From positions 1 to 36,750 of the forward strand of contig CAXIUT010000207.1 of assembly GCA_964035545.1 (NCBI GenBank): a stretch of 36,750 nucleotides of DNA. Direction: 5' to 3'. Positions 1 to 11,312 of this stretch are shown piece by piece (the stretch's first letter is position 1; the number at the start of each line of letters is the position of its first letter). The DNA is from Bugula neritina. Its lineage: Eukaryota; Animalia; Bryozoa. The position numbers were made by a program, and so were the translations under genes. The notes under the pieces were generated by a model. That model saw nothing but the letters and a program-made list of their open reading frames with translations. It did no database searches and was not told the origin of the DNA.

Positions 1-83
1 CCCAACCCCAACCCCAACCCCAACCCCAACCCCAACCCCAACCCCAACCCCAACCCCAACCCCAACCCCAACCCCAACCCCAA
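1..83 (+). repeat. Left telomere, (CCCCAA)n
   Basis: Perfect C4A2 repeats at the window start, beginning CCCAA. C-rich strand at the 5' end is the canonical left-telomere orientation. Confidence 0.98.
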
Positions 84-155
84 AAAATATTAATATCAGC
101 TATAGTGTGTTATACTTACTTCATAATAGTAAATCATTGATAATAATAAATTAAA

Positions 156-787
156 TCATTTCTATATTTGCGAGTAGTTATTGAAGAAAAGTCTGGTAGA
201 GTCACTTTAATATTTTTATCCATTTTTCAAGATAGCATTTGACTGTATTTCCCAGCTAACAAAGTCTTCTTCTCTTGTTATCTATTCAAAAGACTTCATC
301 TTGAATATTTGTTTTTGAAAAGCCAATGAGAAACAAACTCTTCCTTTGGCTTTTATTTTAACTGCCAGTTGCTTTAGAAGTTTTATAAAAATTAAAAATC
401 TTACTCCACACTATCGATACTCAAAATATTCTATATAATTATAGTAGTTTTACCTCCAAAGTAGTCTTCTACATTTTATATCAGAATCATACCAAAATTT
501 GGATGACTTTATTGGAGGTGTTTCCAAATAAAAGAAATCAAATCATCTGTTGATTCCAAATACACAAAATGAATTTTTTTTAATATACTTGTTTTTAGCT
601 ATTCTTTGTAACCAAACTATGTTGAGTTTTTTAGTCTTTTATTTCTAATGACGATGCAGTTAGAAACTATTTCTGTTGGACTTTGGTTTTTTGTTTTTTA
701 TATGATTTTAGATTACTAGTAGCAGTGCTTGAAAGTGTAAGTTCTTAAGAGAGAAGTGTTGTCAGAACCCGCCTTGAATATAAACAT
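156..787 (-). CDS. Hypothetical protein (TAR=Glu); probable frameshift in the A8 run near 575 and possible intron
   Basis: ATG at 787 (MFIFKAGSDNTSLL...). A second frame runs to TGA at 156. No recognisable domain. Confidence 0.35.
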
Positions 788-882
788 TATTTATCAAATT
801 ATTATATATCTAATATAAATAGTCATTTTATTAAACTCTTATTAAATATAAAAATACAAAAGAAAAGAATATCAAAAGAAGG

Positions 883-1356
883 TCATATTTCTGGATAGAT
901 AAGTGCTTATTATCTAAAGACTTCTAAAGGAAATATCTTGCCTCCTTCTTACAAATACTTAGGATAGTGGTATATTTAAGGAGCTCTCCATTCTTCTCTA
1001 ATCTTTACTATTTCTTATAAACTTAAGTATCTAGCACATTGACTTTCATCATCTGCTACTGTTTTTGGTTTTTGATATTGATCTTTAGGCTATCCATAGT
1101 AGATAACTCTAAATGCTTATTTACCGAAGTTAACTTGGTCGATTGAAAGAAGACCTTTTATTTATAGATCGATTGAAGCTTATTCTTTAGTTTATCTGAT
1201 GGCAGCCTGAAGATGGTTTTAATACTTTTATAAAGCACCTCCTGGAATCCACCACTTGCCTGTTCTTTCTTGAACGCAGAGATATTTGTTATCTTTGTTG
1301 CGGCAGATAATAAGAGAGTATCTGCCAATTTCTGTTAATTTACTGGAGAGTGACAT
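883..1356 (-). CDS. Nudix hydrolase, 157 aa
   Basis: WWIPGGALEKYENHLQAAIRETKEEASI matches the Nudix box GX5EX7REUXEEXGU, with most of the conserved E positions encoded by TAA. Open from ATG 1356 to TGA 883. Confidence 0.92.
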
Positions 1357-1420
1357 TGAAGATTCAATATTATTGATAATTATGATAAATTCAAATTAAA
1401 TAAAGAAGTTACTTATTGGA

Positions 1421-4400
1421 TCAAATACTATCTTTTTGACATAATGAGCGTTTAGGGCTTTAAAGTGGAATTAAAGATGCTATTTCAACTTATTTTTATC
1501 TAGATTTTGACAATGATTTTAATTATTGTAATAATCTTTTTGGACTTTAAAGGTCACTCTTCTGATCTCTGCTTTCAGTCTAAATGCTCAATGCCAATCC
1601 ATTTTGGTTATTATGAAGAGTAATTTTATCTTTGAGTTGCTTTTTCAATTGAATAATATATGCCTAATCAATTCCTTTTGACATTTCTTCATTAACTAAG
1701 GAGGTCTAATCCACTATCTATTTGCTAAGTTCTTTTTTTTCGTTTGGTTTAAATTTAAAGAGAATGATCATTATCAAGTTGAAGATAAGAGCAATAAAGA
1801 GAATAGCTAAGAGGAGTATAGGTGCATAGCTAGTCAAAATAGTTGTATCTTATGAATCTTTGGTTATTAAACAATATGTGTATATACCTGTAATGGATAA
1901 GATAAAGATACTGTTAGTAATTGGTCTAATGTTCTATTCATATGGACGAATAAGGATTTAAAGTATCAGCCATATACCACTAAGAGATAGAACAATATAG
2001 AGGCTAAATTCATTTTCCCAGAGGAATCCAATAATCAAACTAATGACCATTCTGAAAAGAATGACCAAAATATACCAATTTTGAGATACTTTTCCTTTTT
2101 TGAAAAAAAGATTTGAACTATCCAAAGTTTTTCTCAAAACAAATGAACAGAACTGAATAGAAGATTATCAATATCTAGAAGAGACCTCCCATTGCTATCC
2201 CTACTATCTTTTGATCATCGAATGAGATACTTAACCCAAGGGATACTCCTAGGTGAATTTGAACAATGAGTAAAGCACATAATATCCACTATTTTAGAAA
2301 AGAGTAGGCTTTGATTCTCCATTCTTTAACCTTTTTAAAACTAGCTACTAAACGAATTATCAGACCTATTAAGAAGGTAAGAACAATAATAATAAACGAA
2401 ATGAAAAAGTTCGAAAAGAATGAAGCTTTGAAGTATATCTACTATACTCTTTGAAATAGATTGTCTGAAGAATTGTCAGGGATAAAGTTACTGTAAAAGT
2501 TAACTATCTTCAAGTGTCGAAGAGGAACCATCATCAGCTATAATTTTTCTAGAAGCAACAAGCAGGAATAGGCAAGTTGGAATATCAATAATGCTTATAT
2601 TCCCATAAGTTTACTGACAAAGATCATCGAGAAAAGCCACAGAGCAAGAGCTAGGATAGCTACAGTCCAAACTGCATATTCTATCTTTTAAGCTGTTTAA
2701 TACTACTAATCAGAATATACTTTGAGGGCAAGGTTGTTAGTAGTAGTTTATGGAAGAGATGCTCTAGTTACAGGCATATAGAAGTATGCTGGTATCGCAG
2801 GAGGTTCAAAATCTATCGAGAGATCCATATTATTCAAAGAGGTTTCATAAGTAAAGGTCATTGATACATCACCAGAATCTCCATTGTAAGTAGTGTTACT
2901 GGTAGCAACTGGAAAGTTTGGAATGAAAACTGCATTGAAATCAAGCAGAGATAATTACTGAAGGGCAGGTTTAAAAGAAGCTTTAAGATATACTGTGTTA
3001 GAATTTTAGTCTTTGATGACCGACAAAACATCAATTTATATTGTCCCTGAATAAGAGCAAAGAGAAGAGGAGTTTGAAGTTCCTCCGACACAAGTGTAAT
3101 CAGTTTCAACAGTGCAGTTTGAAGAACAGCCATCTCCATCAATTTGATTGCCATCATCACATTATAAGTTGTAGAGCAAACCATCTCCACAAACCTAAAT
3201 GCAGATGGAATTATCCAGGTAGAAAAAAGAATTACATTCAGTACATATCGAATCAGAAAAGCAATCTAGGCATCCAATTGCATGACATTTTTAGCAGACA
3301 GACATTGAGTTGATAAATTATCCATAAGTACACTCGCATTAATTGGTAGTTAAATTTAACTAGAATCCAAAAGTTGGATCACAAGAAGTGCAACCATCAG
3401 TATTACAGTCAAGACATCCAGGCATAGCTCCACATAACTAGCAATCAGTTCCATTAACGAACATTCCTTCTTAGCAGCCGCATTCATTGTTAATAAGGGT
3501 AAAGTTGTTGAAAGTATCACAGATATCACAGATCGAAGAGGAAGAACATCTGAGACAACCAGTCATACAGCTAAGACATGTAGTTGGATCTTCTTGGTAA
3601 TATTGAGGTAGACAGACACAATTTCCTTGGTCAAGAGTGAAGTTAGTAGTGCAGCTGAGACAAAGGGTCTAAGAAGCACAGCTTTGGCATGCAGTAGAAA
3701 GACTTGTATTACAAAGAAGACAGTCACTACCATCAAAGTAATAAGTTACCATACATTTGCATAGGTCACTATTAGAAGGATCTGTTTAGAAGAAAGAAGC
3801 ACTATCACAGAGTAAACATTGGAATGGTGTACTGGTACTACATGTCAGACATCCAGAGTTGTTAGATGGACAGAGAGGCATTTCTTAACAAGTACTATTA
3901 ACACTAAGATAATAACCTGATATGCAGATGCAACTAGGAGAAGAAGGATCTTGCATGAAGTTGGATAAAGAGTCACACTAACACTGTTGACTACTGCTAT
4001 TTAACACATAATTAGTTGTTATTGAACAGTTGAGGCAAATTGAACTCGAAAGACATTGATAACAGCCAACAAGAGGACATACTACTGGAATGCTGAAGCT
4101 GTCAAGGTAATATCCAGGAGCTGCTGAACAGCTATCATTCAAAAGTATATAATTCGCTATTAGATCGCATGAGGTACATTCAATATCAGATAGACAAGTT
4201 TGACAACCTGGCATGACTACTGGGCAACCTACAGGAGTATTTGAATTGGGAGTTGTCCAGTTAAGATAATAGCCTACATCAGCTAGACATTCATTAGTTG
4301 AAGAACTAAAGATGTAGTGATTGGTTGAATTGCAGCCTAAGCATAAGCTAGAACTAGAGCAATAGGTGCAACCTTGATCTATTAAAGCTGAACTACATGC

Positions 4401-5399
4401 TTTGAAGTTATTTGTATTTAAATTGATACTATAGCTGAGAATAGTATCTCCAATGAAGTCAGTGAATATAATTCCAACATAAGTCAAACTTTGACTAACG
4501 ATGTAGTTGTATGCGAGGGTATTGATGCCTTCAAAAGCGATTGTGCAGATTCCAATGAAGCAGGCAACTCTAGGAAAATCAGGGTAGCTTTTTTTGAAAC
4601 CAGGAGTAGTAAGACCTGTAGCTAATCGAGGGTGACTGTTACCTGGACTTGATTTTCCACTTGCTACGAAGTAAGGGAAGGAGCCAAAGTGACCTGTCCA
4701 GAAACTGAGTTGAGAGGATCTGATTTGATTTGAAGAGGAAAGAAAACTTTTTACTTCCATCCATTTTTAGTATTGATCCCAGTTGGTTGAATATTTTTTA
4801 TGAGGAAGTACATTAAATGTAGAATATAAAAGTCCATAAATATTATTCGCTATAAAATCTTGAATAATAATAATCTTTCCTCTGACTTAGCCTAATATTG
4901 GATTTTGAGTAGTTGGTTCCCAGATAACATCAAGATAGTTGTTGTGATAGCTCTGATAAGTTTCTTAAAATGTTCTGGTATTCCCCGAAGGATTATATTA
5001 TTCCACAATATGAAGAAGAATTGTCTAAGTAGGGTACGACTGCAAAAAACTTTTAACGGTTGATAATACTGAATCTAAATCAGCATTCAGGTAGACCAGC
5101 CTATCATGGACAGTAAATGTATCTTTGTAGTGTCTGCATCTAATGTCAAGAGGTCTCATTCCCATTTTCATTTGGTTCGTGAGAGAGTTGCTTTGAGTCT
5201 GAAAAGCATCTCCCCAAGTTCCTTGTCCCATACTGGAGTGGGAACCAATAAGAGAGATCTATCTGATGGGAACTCCATCATCCAGATTGCTCATCCAAGA
5301 GGCATTGAATTGGTTGGACGCTTCATGATTATAAAGTTGTTGTGGGTAGACGATGCAAAGTAGAAAGAGAATGGATGTGAGGATTATGAGGGATAACAT
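1421..5399 (-). CDS. Membrane protein of ~1325 aa: signal peptide, bacterial-type PI-PLC X domain, Cys-rich (furin-like CxxC) repeats, CGDG/CDDGN repeat, multi-pass TM C-terminus
   Basis: MLSLIILTSILFLLCIVYP signal peptide; PI-PLC motifs WMSNLDDGVPIREISLIGSHSS, GMRPLDIRCR..VHD and FLQSYPTETILLHIVE; CGDGLLYNLECDDGNQIDGDGCSSNCTVE; many hydrophobic helices from 2700 to 1750. One frameshift is needed at the T7/A6 homopolymer near 2095-2109. Confidence 0.85.
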
Positions 5400-6693
5400 T
5401 AAACAATTAAATATGTTGAAGTAAGAATATTATTAAGATATTATTAAAGAAAACAAGATTATTGATAAGGTCAAAGAATAATAAATAAATAAAAAATTAA
5501 CTAAAAAATATTCTACAGTTTAATTAACTATTATATTTGAGATAGATTTTAAGGCTCAATAACCTTTCAATTTTTATAAAAATTAAATCATATTTTAGAT
5601 GATTAATATCAAGTTTATGAATAAATTTTCAAGGAGCCGTTTTTTAAATTTAAATTCAATTTGATAAATAATTAAGAATTATCTTTCAAGCCTAGATGAA
5701 AAATTGACGAATAAAAGGTTTAAATGTTTTTATAAATTTAAGAATTTAAAGTCGAAAGAAAAAAATACTTCTACTAAAGATGTTAAAAAACTTTTTATTT
5801 TAGATTCTTTATTGAATTACTTCATGAAAAATAAATCATTAAAATACCAGGTAGCTATGTTGAATATGACGGCAAATATCTTTATCTTGAGTTAAATTAG
5901 AAAAATTAGAATATGAGAATCAGAAATAGAGAGAAGAAAATTTATTACACAAACAGTAAGGAATCTTTTAATGATAATATTTTTAAAATTATAGGTAATT
6001 ACAAAATCATAAAAAAATATCTTATCAAAGAATAAAATAAAATAAAATAAAAACGATGAATAATTTTAATGAACGGAGTGTTTTTAATGACTAATAATTT
6101 TGATTTAATAATAATCAATCAATCAAGATAAAATTAAAAATTAACAACTAAAACTTTGATAATTTAGATTTTCACAATATTATCTCTAAGATAAAAAATG
6201 ATTTTATTCAAGAATTCAAATAAAATAACTTAACACTGTTTATTATAACTATGATAAATACTAAAGACAAATTTCCTGAGATAAGTAATAATAAGTTGAT
6301 ATTGATATTAAAAAGATATTGGCATCATTAAATTCTTTCTAATGAGTGGAGATCATTAATTTACAAGTTTAATCACAACAAAAAGACTATCTAAAACTAT
6401 TTAAATGATGATAGAATTTGTATAGAATAAAGAAAAATACAGAAAGATACAGATCTTAAAAACATTATTAATTAAAATTCTTTTTGACCTAGATAAAGAT
6501 CTTTTTTTCACAATAATATTTATTATTACTGAAATATTTTATTCATTTTTGTGGTTTAAATGATTAAAATATGAATTAATATTATAAATAAAGTGCTAAA
6601 TTGGATTGAGGATAGTTTCTGGGAGTTCCGCTGTTAAAATATGGTTTATTTGAGTTTCTTGGATTAAAAATTATTATTTTTTAATAGGATATC

Positions 6694-7227
6694 ATGAGTA
6701 GATCTGCAGCTAAACAATCTGCCAGTTCAGTCAAGGCACCAAGCAAGCCTGCCTCTTCCGCATGGAAGGACCGTCTCAATGCTTAAGACTACGAAGAACT
6801 CAAAAACACCTTTGAAGTCTTCGATGAAGATCATAGCGGAACCATTGATCCAGAAGAAATCAACAAAGTCCTTGAAGAATTAGGCCTCGACAGAAGAAGC
6901 CCCTATGTGCTTACCCTAGTCAATGCTCTTAAGGATAAGGGACGTCCCATCCACCTCGAAGAGTTCATTGACATTGTTGGAAACTATGTTGGAGAATGCA
7001 AGAGCAAAGACGGACTTAGACGTGTCTTCAAGAACTTTGACAAGGATGATAATGGAGTTGTTGACTTCTAAGAGTTCAAGGCTATGGGCAAATACCTCAA
7101 GGAAGGTATCAATGATGACGACATTCTTTAGATGATGCACAGCACTAGCATCAATCATAAAACCTCAACCAACGAAGGATTCACCTTCGATGAGTTCTAC
7201 ACCGTTGTCTCCAAGTTCGCCAAATGA
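6694..7227 (+). CDS. Spasmin / centrin-family EF-hand Ca2+-binding protein, 177 aa, intronless
   Basis: MSRSAAKQSASSVK...FEVFDEDHSGTIDPEEI...FKNFDKDDNGVVDFEEF...DDDILEMMHS...FTFDEFY. Two canonical EF loops and two degenerate ones. Codon usage looks like a highly expressed gene. Confidence 0.9.
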
Positions 7228-7447
7228 ACCTGATCGACCCATTCATTATAAATATTATTCATCCTATCATTAAGCATCAACTTATCATCTTCACCCTTTC
7301 AAATAATTTACTCCCATTTCAAGATTTGAATTTCTCAAAAGTGTTTCTTTTATTCCATTGTTAAAACTTGTTGGTAGTTTATAATTAAACGTTAACCTTA
7401 TAATTATTTATGCTTTTTTGAGGTTTTGTATAATATTCTATTTCGAT

Positions 7448-9012
7448 ATGAGCAGAACAACTACAACGCTTGCTGATTTTTAAATCATAGGTAAACTTGG
7501 AGACGGTTCCTTTGCCGAGGTCTTCAAAGCTAAACGCAAGTAGGATGGTCTATTCTACGCCATCAAAAAAGTAACTCTCACATCATCCAGATTAGAATGA
7601 CTAGAATCAAATAAAAAGATAGATAAAACGCACTTAACTAAGTCAGAATCTTAGCCTCGGAAGAAGGTCCAAATATTATTGAGTTCAAATAAGCATTTTA
7701 TGATTATTCTAATGCAACTCTCTGCATAGTAATGGAGTATGCTGAGAAAGGAGACCTCCTAAAACTCATTCATACCCATGCAAAAAAGAATAATAAAATA
7801 TAGGAGTCATAAATATGGAAAGCTATGGTTCATATTAGCAATGGTCTCAAGTGCTTGCATGACAAAAAGATAGTTCACAGAGACCTAAAAGGAGCAAATG
7901 TTTTTATTACTGAGTCAGGCACTTACAAACTGGGTGATCTCAATGTATCCAAAGTTATTAAAGATAATCTAGCAAGGACACAGACTGGAACTCCTTACTA
8001 TGCAAGTCCTGAAGTTTGGAAGGACCAGCCTTATGGTACTAAAAGTGATATTTGGTCTTTAGGATGTGTACTCTACGAGATGGCAGCTCAGAGACCTCCT
8101 TTTACTGCCAATGATATTCAAACGCTCTACAAAAGAGTTATGACTGGCTACTATCCCAGGATACCAGCCTGTTATTCAAATGATCTTTCTGAGACAATCG
8201 GGTGGCTTTTGAAACTGAATCCAAAAGACAGACCTTCAGCTTGTTAACTTGTTCAAAATACTATGGTTCAGAACCATTACTATGAAGAAGATTGGAATTA
8301 ATTTGAATGGAATACATCGTTATTATCTACTATTAAGCTTCCTCAAAGAAACTATCAGTTGATAAATGAGATCCTTCCTGAATCTCAGTATCACAAAAAA
8401 GAAAAAAGATAAAGTTCAAAATAACAGACGGCTGTTAACAGTTTTTTCAAATAAAAACAAAATATATATAATGTTTAAAAAGACTACAGTCAATCAAGAT
8501 TAAAAGCTAAAAGCACATATAATCCTATTAAACAAATAACAAAATAAAAACCTCTTAATACTGAATAAAGATAGAGAATAGCATCTTCCTATAAACCAAG
8601 TAACTAAACTGACCAAAGATAAAGAATGTCGTCATATTGTCATCCTAATTATCCCAATAAACAAAAATAAAACATATCTAACTACCAGAAAGAACGAGTA
8701 GCTTCATACTGCCAACAATAATCATCAATCAATAAAATATCTATTTTCAGATAAAATCAAAATAAACCTAAAATATCTAAAAAGGTTGAAGAAAAGATAA
8801 AATCTCCTGTTATCTAAAAAAAATAAAGAAAAATTGGAGATTCAGTTGTCCAGTCGAGATCTACTACTCAAACATGCAGAAAAAAAGTATAAAGTTTGAT
8901 GAGTAGGATAGGCCCTTCTGGTACAGATAGAAACAAATAGAACTTCAGAAGAATAGGCGCACAGATAGTTAACAATGCAATCAGAAAAAGAACCTTCATA
9001 GATGCCAACTGA
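7448..9012 (+). CDS. NIMA-related (NEK) Ser/Thr kinase, 514 aa; intron 7571-7590
   Basis: GKLGDGSFAEV, YAIKK, NALNEVRILAS (E=TAA), HRDLKGANVF, KLGDLNVSK, TQTGTPYYASPE; low-complexity tail to TGA 9012. Confidence 0.95.
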
Positions 9013-9147
9013 CTGATATTCTTTCATTTTCCATAAAATAAATGTTACTATTGATTTATCTTTAAAATAAGAGTTATCCAATATCCATTATTTCATAAAT
9101 AAGAGGTCGAGAACTAAGAAATGATAAGTTTTATGTATTGATTATGA

Positions 9148-9511
9148 TCACTGAGCGGAAGGCTGCGCGGGTAACGATCCTCCGTCTGTATAATATATTC
9201 AATACTCTATTCGTATTCAGCCTACAACTTAATCCAATCCTCCAAAACCATTTAGAACTCCTAGAAAACTAAGTTATGAGTCAAACGGTTTCTTCGAGGT
9301 GCATACTCCACGAAATAGTTCTTATGCGATGATAGCTCTTAGACTGAACGGTTGATGGCGATTCCAGTCCTGAATGATAAGTGAAGTACCAGTAGTGAGG
9401 CATCCAGAGAAGAGTGCTCATTCCAAGAGCCAGTTTGAAGTCTCTTCCGAGATAGTCATCGTAGAGTGATTTGTAGAACCAATATCTGTTTCTGAACACG
9501 ATACTGCCCAT
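9148..9511 (-). CDS. Small single-TM protein (107 aa) resembling a ciliate mitochondrial respiratory-complex (complex IV-type) subunit; introns 9370-9389 and 9186-9205
   Basis: Removing two 20-nt GT-AG introns gives MGSIVFRNRYWFYKSLYDDYLGRDFKLALGMSTLLWMPHYWTGIAINR...PRRNRLTHNLVFEEFEMVLEDW. The family assignment is from recall and needs BLAST. Confidence 0.65.
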
Positions 9512-9543
9512 CCAACAATTAATATAGATAATAATAGACAGAA

Positions 9544-10959
9544 TCACGAAGTGTTCTGAGTCTTAGCGCTTTTGAATTTATTTATTGCATTTAAACTATT
9601 AGCAATGGCCTCAGACACCTTCTTCTGTAACTAGTTAGTCTTGGCCACCTTTGTCTATCCGCCACTCTTGAAACTAGGATTAGTATCAGTCGTAGAACTA
9701 CTTGCAATTCCTTTCTCGCTCATAAATAAATTTTATCTAACTTTTTGATTCTTTGGACTCATTTCTAATTTGTTTCCTTGAAAATTTATTGATTCTTTAT
9801 GCTTTAATTGCATTTTAGGTTTTTATCTTGGCTAGCTTTAAACTTCTAAAGAAACTTCTTAAATCTGATTAGGAGGAGATGATATTATAGTGTTAGATTT
9901 AGGAGAATTCATAATTGCAAGATTAGGCGTCCCTCTGATAGTTGCTCGAGGTGAAACAGGTATCATTTTAGTTTCTCCGTCTTCAGCCTAGAGTACATTT
10001 AGAAAATCTTGAACATAAAGCTCTCCAGAAGTTTTCATAGTTTTGTATTATTTGTATTTGACTGCCTAGAATCTAGCAAATTTGTCATTAGGACTGAACA
10101 ATCTTTTTGTTTCTCCCTACCTTTCAACTACCATAGCTGGAACTCCATTAATATAGAAAGAAGAAGTGGCAAAAGATTTTTTGTATTACTGTTGTTGGAT
10201 TACTTCAAGTTGATTATTATTTCCTTTTTTCTGGATCTTGTTTATGATGTTAACTTCTTTTTGAATTATCACATTTTGAACATTCTTTATTGACTTCAAA
10301 GTACCTTTGTTCTATACTCCTGATTGAACTAAAGCTTGTTATTTTGGAACATCTGAACAAAGATTAGCTTTTCCTTTCTCTATAGCTTCTAATATTTTTA
10401 AAATTTTTGTGTTTTATTTCTTCTAAGGGATTGATAACTTCGATTGAACTTGATTTTTAACTGCAGATTTCTTATCAATATATCCTTGAAGTTGCTGTCT
10501 AATTTGTTCTTTATATTTCTTCTTTAAAGAAAGCTTATCCACATTGGCTTCTACTTCAAAGCTAGGGTCTAAAAAGAATTTAGCATCTCCTCCATCACTC
10601 ACTCCCATATTCTATTTACGAAAAGATGTGATGATACCTCTGTCAGCTAAATACCTAGAAAAAAGAATTAATCGCTGCTCGTAGTTTTCAATGAACTATC
10701 GACTCACTGAAACATACCACTTTTAAAGAGCAGTTGCAATGTACTCAAATAAGAGGTAGTAATCATTGTTCTACTCTTGTGCACTTTCCAACTTAATGAG
10801 GCAATCATGCTTGAGAGCAGCTTGAATTCTTGCTTTTTGAAGTTGTTTGTCGTTTTTGGGTATTAATTTTCTAACAAGGTGTTTGTTAGTTGAGTTTTGT
10901 TCTTGGAGGATTCCAAAAGGGTATTATTTATCGATGGTAAGAGTGGGTCCCTTCCACAT
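9544..10959 (-). CDS. Degenerate kinase-like (pseudokinase) N-terminus plus low-complexity tail, ~471 aa
   Basis: LKHDCLIKLESA and YYLLFEYI resemble kinase subdomains IV-V. No GxGxxG, HRD or DFG. Span from ATG 10959 to TGA 9544 is a multiple of 3; the middle was only partly translated. Confidence 0.6.
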
Positions 10960-11312
10960 TAATAATTATCAAAATGAAAATAAAGGTAAAAGCTGCCGAT
11001 TAAATATCTCCTTTTATTCTGATAAATAATACCTCTATAAATTCTTCAATAACTATCTTTACCACAATATAAGAAATATATCTACTTTCCTTATTCCAAT
11101 TTTTAAAATATGATATCTAACCTTAATATTATCTTCTAAAATAAAAACACAAATAATTTACTACTATATTATTCGATCAGATTGTTCTAATCATCTATAT
11201 TTATAAAATATTGATGATAATTGATTCTAAAATGTGTGTTATTTTGTCTTGAGTTAGAATTTGTCTTTAGTGGTATTTTGTAGTGTTTAGAGTTATATTG
11301 TAACTTATTTAA

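Noticed and set aside
2095-2109. Programmed +1 frameshift (Euplotes-type) in the PI-PLC gene
   Set aside because: It lies in a T7/A6 homopolymer with no AAA-stop motif, so a sequencing indel is more likely.
3200-4400. Repetitive-looking region as a CRISPR array or mobile element
   Set aside because: The repeats are at protein level (Cys-rich). There are no nucleotide direct repeats with spacers, and no transposase or TIRs were seen in the window.
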